Positions 1 to 10,696 of a stretch of DNA of 64,000 bases are shown piece after piece; position 1 is the first letter of the stretch, and every line of letters begins with the position of its first letter. The position numbers and the translations under genes were made by a program. The DNA is from Pocillopora damicornis (Eukaryota). The stretch is taken from assembly GCF_003704095.1 (NCBI RefSeq), contig NW_020847499.1:310001-374000 (forward strand), given 5' to 3'. The notes beneath the pieces were generated by a model. It had not been told where the DNA came from. It did not search any database and saw only the letters and a list, made by a program, of their open reading frames with translations.

Positions 1-352
1 AAGCGAAGTTTTGGTATTAATCTGTAACTGTAAGTGCTGTTATATAAGAACTAAACCACTTAGGCTGCCCACAGCCCTACAGTTTTGTCAGACTTTAAAG
101 ACAACTCGCCTACACCACTCCATAATCTTGAATAAGGATAGGCACGTCCAGAGTACAAGATGCTTTGTAGTCTACTCAAACACAAAAGGAATGATTTCGA
201 CTAGGGCTCGAATCAGACTTTGTCTTAATTCTTAGGCACAAATAATTTGACCACTGCCCCTTCGTATAGTCTTCGTAGCTAACATTCCCTGGTTAATCAT
301 TCAAAATGTACTTTTTCATAAATTGCTTGATTGTGTGATGTGAATCATGTAC

Positions 353-1796
353 CTGTAGCCACTCTCCTTGGTGTAGATTCTGACCAGCGCACCAAGCACC
401 GTCCCCAGAAGCGCTGGCTTGCATATGTAGCCTGGCCTGATGAGGTTCGTAATACATTTTATATGAACTGGCTGTTATTTTGGAGTCGGGGATTTTAAAA
501 GACTCCATACCGAACGCCTTGTAACAACCTATCCGGGGAATAAAGAGACTACTTGAAAAATCAATCAGACCACACACTAGGATGCCCAACATGCAAATTG
601 AATGCGTTACATGTTTCTCTCTTCGCATGCTTACAGTGTGGAACAGTATGTATAAAATTTACAGAAAATGTTGTAACATTTTAGAATTATTTAAAAAACG
701 GGTGCTTTTGTAACAATAATAAAAAAAATATAATTTGCAATCAATGGAGGCTTCACAAGGGGGATGCAAGTTAGCTTCGCTCAACAGAAATATACAAGCA
801 CTGGAGACCAAAGGCGCATGGACATGATTAAACGCCTTCATTTCACACCGAGAAATGTTTTCCTTGAAGTGAAATGAGGTTAACCCAGGATTTCATGCTG
901 ACTGATTATATTCACGGACTCGATCTGTGCCATTTTGGTTTGTTTTATTCAAGAAAAAGAACAGGAAACAAATTCGCACCACATACGCTCAGTGATTTGA
1001 GTTCAAAACTTGGTCAAATGCATTTTTCAGCGCTTAAGACCCTTCAGAGTTCTCATTAGTTCGTTGTGATGTGAATTAAAGCTCCAATTTCCTGATGTAA
1101 TTGCTTTCCGTTTGCCTATAATTACACTCGCACACATTCCTTTGCTATCTGACATGCAATTCCCCAACTAAAAATGGGAAACGGACGGCGTGAACATTGA
1201 CTAACTTGGGTAGCCTGTGCAGCTATATAGTGAATTCAGCTGGGCCTTATCAATTTCAGACAGTCGATCTCTTTTTCCCAATGGGACGTTTGGTCCAGCA
1301 CGTGCTTCCAGAGTGTTCAGACCATTTTTACTAAAGGCGTTCCTTGGCAGGTGCATCAGAGAAGTCATATCATACGGTGCTTCCAGCCTGTCTACAATAC
1401 CATGGTTATATTTTTTAAAATTTGCTTCATAGCCTGTAAAGAAAAGAAAGTGTTAGGCTCATAACTTTTATGGGTTACCAATAGAGTTTTTAAAAAACCA
1501 CAGCGATCATCAAATATTAATCAAGCCGGTGAGGTAACCACGGCGAAATTTTGTCCATTTTATTTGCGCTTTTATAGACAGAGAACGAAAACCTTTGAGT
1601 AATTTAGTGTTATCAACTGAGTTGATAACGTAAATTGGCCACCGTAAAGAGTTTTAAAGCTGACGTTAGCCCCTTCGTCAGAGAATTACAAAGGGCTAAC
1701 GCTCGAAACGTCAGCTTTCAAACTCTTTACGGTAGCCAATTTACTTTATCAACTCAGCTGATAAAACTGAATTACCCTGTTATACCCTCCCAACGA

Positions 1797-1833
<37 letters not shown>

Positions 1834-4800
1834 ATATATTTACCTTTCATGATATTTTCAGAAATAACGACAACATATGAGTCGCGGTCATGACGTGAAC
1901 TGGTATGGAAAAATCCCAGGGCATGCATGAGTTCATGTAATACCGTCCCAATAAAACCGCATCCTGTTCCAATACTGAGTGGCTGGCCTCCAGACATGTG
2001 CACTTGACCGACGTAGGACCAGCAGCTGGTTATTATACAAATAGGAAACATTCATTATTAATATTTATTATCATAAAATGTCGTGGTATTATTTGCCTAT
2101 GAGCCCTTTTATACTATTTCCATCCCTTAATCTCGATTTGTTAAATGGTTAAAATATGACTCAATATTCAGCTGCTATTTTTGTCTATTAACTGCAGTTG
2201 GGACGTTGGTTCTTAAAACGTTGAACGAGTAAATCACTTAATGAGGCGAGTATATATATTTTTATGCTGAAAACCTTAAGTAAAATATAACCTACTGTTT
2301 AGGTAATTACTCTCATAAAGTTATGATGATTCCAGCGATTTTAGGATGATTGTAAAATATGTGATAGTAGTTTAGGTCTGTTCCAAACCTCACACCGTTG
2401 CAATGGTTGAACTCAATGTAAGAATGGCAATGGCACGACGTTTGAAACCTTTGAAGTCACCAGACCATGTCAAGTGTGGCACGACCATTTGACACGATTG
2501 GCCTTGCCATACCGCACGACAATAATACGACCTTGTTTCAAACGAAGTGCCCGTGTCAGGCGAACTTGACGTCACGGTATTGTTTTGATGTCGGTTGAAT
2601 TGAAAAATGGAAGGAATGTTTGTTTCATCGTTCTTTAAGAGTAATTGGATTTGGCGGGACAGAATGAAATTTGAAGATTGAGACCACTGTGCGCTACAGT
2701 CCGGCATCTCACTAATGGATGATGTGCATTTGGGTTCGGAATGACATGCAGTTGCGTAACATTTGGATGTGTCTTATTTCTTGATCCTGATGAAAGAAAT
2801 TATCATCAGGGTGGCCACTTTCTGGTCATTGAAATACTAGATTAGACTAGAAATCAAATAACCAGTCAATGAAACACGCGAAGATAAAGAATTTTCTTAT
2901 TAATTAAAGTCACTTTGCCGTCGACAAGTTTTGCGAGTTTCTTAGGTATGGGGATCCGCTAGAATGTGTACGCTGAGGAAAGTTATCATTTCAAAGTTGT
3001 TATTGTTGTTTCTGTTGTTGTTTTTTTGTCCCTTCTGTTTTTGGTCACGGCTGTTTTCAGTGTTGATTATACTTTGCACCTACCCATTGCCCCTAACAAA
3101 CTTTACGTAATACTGCTCGTTTGTCCTTGTTTTGAAACGTACACAGGAGATCTGTTCTACAGTAGCTATTGCGTCTTTTATGGCTTGACTGTCACTTGAG
3201 TACCTACCTAGAAAAACCAAACACATTTCAGCAAGCCTAGTTACAATATTCACAAAAAAAAATGCAAACAATTTCTGTGGGAAATATACTGCTGGGAGAA
3301 GGCACCGCTCAGAGTACAACTCGTTCCCCATGATAGTAAGGGACCAGTAAATATTTATCGCGGGAAAGGGGTGGGGGGAAGTATCTTTTTTGGGGGAGGA
3401 TCGCATGGTTTGCAGAGCGAACAGAGGGTGGGATTAATCGTCTAAAACAGAGTATAAAGGGGAGAGTATTGAAAATTGATTGCCAATGAGAATGGGTCAT
3501 TAGAATAAGACAAAACCGGGGGGGGCCTAGGTAACATCTAACGTGACGCAACCAAAATCTAACAAATCTCAAATCTAACAAAAAAGGAGGGGGCCAGGCC
3601 CTAGGACCCTCAGACCCTCCCTCTGGCTCGGTATCTGAAAAGATAACAATTACGTGTACGACCGACCATCAAGAAATACTCTTTGATTCGCCACAAAGGG
3701 AAAAAGGCTTCTTCACTCTGGAATTCCTGACGGCATCTTACCAAATGCTGAGTCAATAACATAAGGCACGATTCCATTTGTCCACAGATATATCTTGTTG
3801 GTGACAGCTCCCTTCTCGTAGGGTTCATCCTTTTTGTCCTTTTCCACGCCACCTGCGACAAGTGACTCTACATTTGGTGACAGTTTGATATCTCCCTCCA
3901 GCTTATCTAGTCGTGAGAAAAATGATAGTGTGTTTAAATATCAAAATACTGGAAAAGGAAATTTTACATACGCATTAAGAAATTCGAGTAAAGAAACAAC
4001 AGGTGTTGAAAGTTATACACGGTTTTCACCAGGAGAGAACTTAGTCCTCTTTTGTATATATCTATAACTGGTTAAGCTTGAGTAAAGTGGTATTCCTTTG
4101 CAGTTTAGACTGACTTAATAGAGTGCGAAGGAATGACTTTGGCTCAGATCGCCGTGCTTTTGGAAACAATTCTCAAGTTTTTAAATTAAAACTTAAAGTT
4201 TGACACTGCATGCCATGGCTTTTAATACCGACCGATAATCCTGACGAGAACTGAAAATAGCCTGCAAGTGTTAGCACCCTATCCAAGGGGAGTGGCCATA
4301 CTGCTGTAAAAGATGGATAACCAATGGTAGTGTGCCGGGGTCACCTAACCCACTTATAAACCTCACCCTTACTTACCATATAATCAACGTATTTATCAGT
4401 TACCTTTATGAAGATAGAAACATCTCTTTATACAATATATTCAGCAGAAGCGCGTAGTATAAAATAGAACTTATCACGATAGTAGGTTTTCAGTTGTGAA
4501 CCGATTTTACTCTCTTTTCTTTTTAGATTAGACTATTTTTCTATCTTTTTTTGCAAGCTCCTGCAGCTAAAAGAAAGCGTTCATCGTCAATTCTTGTGTC
4601 GGTGAGTGTGCCATTTAGTAACACATCTGAAGGAAGAACATCTTTATTTTAATAAATACAGATCTGGTGATGTATATTTAAGCTGTCTAAACTTTACGAC
4701 ACTTTTGCCTCATAGTTTGTTTTGTGCCTTATTAAAAATCGTTTTTACAGACATTTTTTTCGACGTTCCGAAGCGTGGGGAAATACATCCTTGTCATATT

Positions 4801-7369
4801 TCGACTGAATTTTGGATTGCCTGAAACAGGTCGTCAGCAATATTTCTCAGAACTTGGCTGTAGTGAGTTTTAAGAGCAGTATTAATCTTTAAAGTAAAGA
4901 TTTAAATGAATTTTGCAACATAGCATTCTCGAGCAACCACAAATCGATACATATCTATGCTATAGTCAACGCCGCATTTTCTGCGCTTTTTTTTCCTTTT
5001 TGGCTAAAACTGGCTCGGGACGATGTGGAACATAATTTTCACAGATAAGTAGAAGAGAAAATGGGGCACAAAAGCCGAAGTCTTAAGGATCTTTTCCTCG
5101 TAGGGGAATCAAACTTTCTCCTTGTCCCACTCTCCAAAGTTTTAAAAAATTAGCTTTTTCGTTTTCTATTTGCTTTGATTTGCAGCCAGCCATATGTCAG
5201 TGCCAGCGGTGAAATCCACCTCAGTTTAGGATTTTTTTTTTAAAGACGTTTCGGTGCTACAGTGATTTCATTTCTGACAACATTTGTCTACACCTCCTGT
5301 TTGTAAATTCTCGAGGAATGTTTGTTAGCCCTTTAGAGAATTATTTAAGGAGATTCTCTCAATTTTCTATGATCATTTTGTCCCCTGACTTAGACTGGGA
5401 AGTGTGCATTCTCTTAAATAAGCACTCTACACCCAAACTCAGATCTTAATGTGAGAAAATTGATATTCAACCTCATGCGAAAGATAATTTGCATCTTGTG
5501 AACGTTACAGCGCTCAGGAGCCATATGCACCCCCGATCGAACTCCATAATTCTGCATTTTTAAGCCCTTGTGCTCTTTATCTAATGGTTGGTGTAGCGGT
5601 AATGTTTGCACGTTATATCACAACAATAAAAGTCGGACGGGATTAAGTAAGAATAAAAATTGTTACCGAGTCCATTAGCTTTTGCCCATGGAGGTATCGG
5701 CTTTTTATCCTTGCCGGGTTTGTCTTCCATCTTCAGGTCCGCCCTTGTGTTCATTGGGATTGCTCGGCCACATTTTTGCAACAGGTCGATAAATATCGCG
5801 ATATAAATAAAACTTTTTGCCCGGTACTTCATTCTCATCAACAGGTTACCAGTGGAAAATTCAGATTTAGATATCGAACACAATCTGAGGCAGTTTTTTT
5901 TTTTAAATTATAGTGAAATCGAGCCGGCTTACGCTAAGAGGACAGCACTCGATCGGATTTACCAAGGCTGTGTGTAAGTCTCTCTGATCGTTCCCTCCCA
6001 AGTTTTAACCTTTTCGTGTACTGCAGCTGAGCTAACATTATTTGTTATGGTTTGTTTCGGTTGCAGCTTTCATTATTCGTGGATTATTTTATGTTAATTC
6101 AGCAGCGAGGAAGTTAACATAGCGAAAGACCCATGTAATAATTTTTTATGGCTTACCGAACATTACTGGATTGACAGGTAACGTTTTACAGGGGATTAGA
6201 AATTGCTTAATTCAGTCTTAAGCCACTACATGTCACAGCGGTCATCTTATCGCATTGGTCACGTGGTATCGTCTCGGTTACGACGCCAAGATGAATTTAT
6301 ATTGATGACCTCAGAGGATGCTTGACAGGAGTAGTCAAGGTCTGACATATATAATGCACCGTGTCGGATATGGTTCTTTAAATGTGTTCAGTTAAACTCA
6401 CGTACAAATCAAGGGTCGTAAGCCACTCATGGAGACCTTACGGGAAATACAACTAGGCCTTCAACGTCAAAAAATACATTTTTTGTTATAATGCAGTCTT
6501 TCCCCACAACCGCCATATGCTGCTTAGAATGATTAGGGAGATTAAAAGTGTATAGCGACTGGTTTGGATGCGTCCTTATCATTTCTTTCTTTCGCTAAGG
6601 TGTTTTCGGAATCGGTCACCACGTCGTCTTAGCTTCCTGTTTCACCAATGTACAACTTTTTGCAATAAGTGCAAGTTACGCAGCAGTTGACATTGGCGGA
6701 GGTGCACGCGAAGTGATCAGTGATCTTAATGGATCTCTTGGGTTGCGACATTTTCTCCACGTTATGAATGAAAGGACAAGTTATGCATCATGAGCGAGCG
6801 CATTTGAAAGTTGCAGTTTGGTCACTGGTTTTAAATGAACTTCTGACCAAAACGTTGCCTATGTTTAATCACGTTCGAATGAAATTAGTGGAGGTTGCGA
6901 AAAGATAGTACAAGTAGTCTCTGATCGTTTTAAAGTAGTTCAAAGTTTTTAAGAATGATAGATTTAACTGCTTGGTTGTGAGAGTGAAATGTGAGAGTGA
7001 ATGGAATGCTGTGAGTATTTTTCTTCTCAGCCGTTTTTAGTGCTGACTGTTATATACTCTCTCACCGACGCAGCACTACAGTTTCTTTACAAACTTACCC
7101 CCTTGATACTAAATTACCCTGACAGATAACGTGCCGAGGATATTGTGCAGAGTCTAAAACTGAGATGTACTCCCGATGTGGAGTTTGTCTGGTCACATTT
7201 GTCTGCCACTGATTGAAAATCTACCTTAGCTGTTTTCTAGATAAAAAACATTCTTACCAGCTATGTTAATTCCTCTTATCCTTTGGCCGAAGACAACCGG
7301 GCTCGGAAGGACGAGTATCAGCACCAAAACCAGTCTGGTACGCACAGTATGAATTCGGTAACCGATCAT
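353..7369 (-). CDS. Astacin-family zinc metalloprotease with F5/8 type C (discoidin) domain; 3' part lies beyond the window start
   Basis: Phase-consistent GT-AG exons: 7258-7369 (ATG, signal-like MIGYRIHTVRTRLVLVLILVLPSPVVFG), 3742-3906 (pro-peptide LEGDI, then WTNGIVPYVI), 3084-3207 (SCVRFKTR), 1844-2025 (GCWSYVG...HELMHALGFFH..RHDRD), 1206-1433 (PYDMTSLMHL Met-turn, LSEIDKAQLNSLYSC), 353-528 (CYKAFGMES..IPDSKITASS..ARLH..GAWCA..EWLQ). 329 codons visible. Confidence 0.93.
1599..1835. mobile_element. Palindromic Penelope-like-element-derived repeat with decayed hammerhead ribozyme motifs (astacin intron 4)
   Basis: Inverted arms 1599-1667 and 1707-1775 match at about 63/69 nt by hand. CTGACGA lies on the minus strand at 1675-1681 and AGGGCTAACGCTCGAAACGTC on the plus strand at about 1692-1712. 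The tail sequence (GACGCAGCAC..GTTTCTTTA..AACTTACCCCC) recurs at about 7065-7105. Confidence 0.65.
5581..5838 (-). CDS. Candidate small secreted Cys-containing peptide (85 aa) nested in astacin intron 1
   Basis: ORF MRMKYRAKSFIYIAIFIDLLQKCGRA|IP... has a basic N-terminus, a hydrophobic core and a GRA-IP cleavage-like site, followed by KK and FYCCDITC. No homology recognised. Confidence 0.35.
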   Translation of the reverse strand: MRMKYRAKSFIYIAIFIDLLQKCGRAIPMNTRADLKMEDKPGKDKKPIPPWAKANGLGNNFYSYLIPSDFYCCDITCKHYRYTNH

Positions 7370-9027
7370 TTTCGTCAAAATTCACCGACGAATCATTTAG
7401 AGGAAGACAATTTTGAACGATGCGTGTGAAATAACGGTGCGGTGGCTCTATTTCAAGTTAGGACTGCAATAAATGGGTTGTGAATTTATCCGTGAGATAT
7501 ATTTCGTTGGATTAAAAATAAAAGCTGAACTAGCAATGTTTTTGCTGTGCATGACAAGTTTATCACACTCTGTATAATGTGTTGACTGAGTGGTTTCCTC
7601 AGTGTTTCAATCCAAACCATAAAACTTAATATTTCGGTAGAAAATTCAGGCTAGGCTTTGCGATTAATTTCACCCCGTGAAAAGGGAGAAGAGTCGAAGC
7701 CTTATTTTTGCTCGAACCAACTTTAACCAATTCAAATCGAAAGGTCCATGCGCTTTTGAGTTTTTAATGTTATAATTTACCTAAATTAATATTTACTTTA
7801 GCTAAGAACTCTTAACTGAAGTAAAAGTCCTATTATATTCATGCCAATGTTTATGATTTAGGTCAAAAACAGACCTATTTTTAGAATGAGCTGTTACTTG
7901 CCGAGAACAGAACCATTTTTCAAGCTTTGACAAATTTCTTCATTTTCTTTGCATCCCCACAACCTTGCCTAATAAAAAAGAACACTTTTTATATCGAGGT
8001 AATTCAAATAAGATAAATGTTATTAATAGGCCCTTAATAGGCGCAAGTGAACATTAAAAAGCCCTTCTTGATTTTGTCTTGTTCCAACAAAATGTGTCTC
8101 GAGAAGAAAAGCAAGCAAATACGTTAAGGTAAATACACACGCGTGACTTATTAAAAGCCCCAGAAAGGGTTTCTTGTATTGCGTTGTCAAGTGCTGTATT
8201 TCTACCATTTGAATAGTTAAATTATTATGAAGAGCGCTGGTGTTAATCATTACGTCAGATATTACGATCAAGTGTTTTAATACATCCTGAAAGAAAAAAT
8301 TGAAAAATGAAATAAAAACCCCGCACACGCAGACACAAAAGGGACAACAACTAACGATATCCAAAATTACATCCTGAGCGACTCACGCCCGCCCTCAGCC
8401 AATTGAGTGGGTCTCAGTTATGGCACGAAAATTAATTTTTCGACAGGGAAAGTACCCTGACTGAATTTTGAACGGTATTTTACCACATACTCAATGGGGT
8501 AATGAAGGTTGAAATTTTGGCCATTATACGGCTTACCATTAATTTCTTTCCGTCACGGTTATCAGAAACAATTTTTACAGTTAACTTTATTATGACAAAC
8601 GGTTAAAATTTGTCAATTTTTACACCTGACAGCTGAAATGTTTACCGTTTTATGGCTAACGGTTAATCCCATCGAGAGCTTCCGTTGAATGGTAATACGC
8701 TCTCCTGCCATCGCATGAATTGTAGCTTCAGTCAAGTAATTAAAAACACACAGCGGGGAGTGGGGCGGGGGGATTCTGAATACTCCCCCCGGGACCTTCA
8801 CTCTCGATCTGCCGCTGCATTGTGAAAAGCATATAGAGGACCCCTTATTCCTAAACGGGATTGCTCTCATAGCTAGCATGAGATCGGCCTTTACACTAAA
8901 CTCCGTAGCAGTAAAACACACGGACCAAATGAGACACAATCCCTGACCCGACAAAAGCTAACATGGTTAACAATTGTACTGTAATTTTCCCTTATACTAA
9001 GGCGGATAATGTTCTAAAATGAATACA

Positions 9028-9290
9028 TAGATTTCATGTTGCTGGTGTCTGCTCGGTTAAAGAGAAAAAAGTGGCACACGAGCTGCACGAGGCGCAGTCG
9101 AGTTTGTCACTGATATCCTCACCGCGTTTTGACGTCGTCCGTGATCTATCACAGAACAGATGCGCGGTAGTCGATAAACTCCATTTGATTTACATAATAA
9201 AGAAGCAAAACGCTGTTATTGATAACCTCATCTTTGCATCTGTCCCTCAATAGATCTAAGCAAGTACCACTCAAAATGCGTAAATATTGA
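9028..9290. repeat. Interspersed repeat; related copies at about 12493-12750 and 32130-32240
   Basis: Diverged versions of the blocks ATAGATT.CATGTTGCTG, AAAAAAGTGGCAC and TTTGACGTC..CTGTGATCTA are shared among the three loci. Confidence 0.6.
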
Positions 9291-10399
9291 AGCCTCATAT
9301 ATGAGACATATCAAACCGCAAGTTCGCATTCAGTTTTCAATTTTCCGGTTCTAAATTAAATAAGACGATTAAAAAACCGGCCGTTTTCGATGAGGATGCT
9401 CGATGATAGTGCAGTTTTTGTATTGGTGCAATGCTTAAAACTGGAAATTGCTAATGTTTGGCCGAAATTTCACCCCCTGAGATGCTAGACCGTGTACTGA
9501 GTATTTCAAAAGCTTTAGCTCCTGAGTGACAACTTATTTGACTTATGTTATAAGCCGATAGAGCACCTGAGTTAGTTCAACATTTTTCCTGTCCAATATT
9601 GCTTACATTGGCGAAAGGAATCTTTTTCTTTTACCGAAGTGAAAACGATTCAGAGGGAAAGTCTAATTAACCATAGAACAATGTGGGATTGGTTTGAAGG
9701 ACGGCGAAAAATTAGGTCAAACTATTTTGTGGTTGACATATCAAGACTTCTGACATATTTCTTTCTAAGCCTGTCTGTATGAGACGGGAAAATAGAGGGT
9801 ATGTTTTTCGTTTATTACAAAGCGGTTTTCATATAAAACCAACGTCATATGTCGCAATTGGAACTGACACATGGCAGTGTAAAAGCGATGTTTGAAGACG
9901 ATTTAATGAAAATTTTCTGTTCGGACCTTGGGTTAATTCCAGCTTGGCAATGACCAACTTCCTTGTTAACGTCATTTGATCTTTACATTGGGACCTCCTC
10001 TCCCTCTCCATGCTAAAAAAGAAAAAGAGAAAAAAATAAAAATTTATAATAGAACTTAAGAGAATTTGAAATTAAAGTCATTGAAAGCCGTCGCTCCAGA
10101 CTTGAATATGACAGGGTGATTGAAATTATTACCCAAAAGATTGTTGAGATCATTAAGAACAGGTGAAGTATTGGGCAGAATCTCGAGCACTGGTAACTTT
10201 CTTACAATATTTTCCGAAAGATTTGACCAGCTTAAATAGATTTTGGGATCGAAAACTATGAATTTCAGATATAAGATTATTCGTGCAGTCTTAACAGCCT
10301 TCCAATTAAGAAAATATTTCGACAGATTGCAGACAGGATGTTGGTGAGAATTTTCCTTGTTTGCGTTCGGCTCCAATGCTGAGCCGAATCTCATTTCTG

Positions 10400-10510
10400 A
10401 ACAAATTACCCATTGACCAATCACGATCCAGATATTTCTTTAACGTCACAATGTTAGTTCGGTCGCTCTGACAAATTTTTACATTAGGCTTCATACATCC
10501 GCCATCTTTT
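10400..10510. promoter_or_regulatory. Putative promoter of the MARCH gene: CCAAT box and YY1-type motif
   Basis: GACCAATCAC at about 10415-10424 and CCGCCATCTT at 10499-10508, about 200-280 nt upstream of the ATG at 10697. Confidence 0.35.
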
Positions 10511-10696
10511 TTCTCTATAGCGTCGAGGAGACTGTCGCCATATAAACGCTCGATTTTGTGTATCTTACGGTAGATTTTGTCAAGAAAAAAGAAGTATTCA
10601 ATTTAAATGGAGTATAGGCTTTGGGATTTTTGGCGTTACGGTTGAAGGACTTGCTGAACTGATCGTTCAATGTTCGGGTTTCGAGAGGCGAAAACG

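Noticed and set aside
5581-5625. CCDITC as an insulin A-chain
   Set aside because: The fourth A-chain Cys is absent (stop codon at that position) and there is no B-chain motif.
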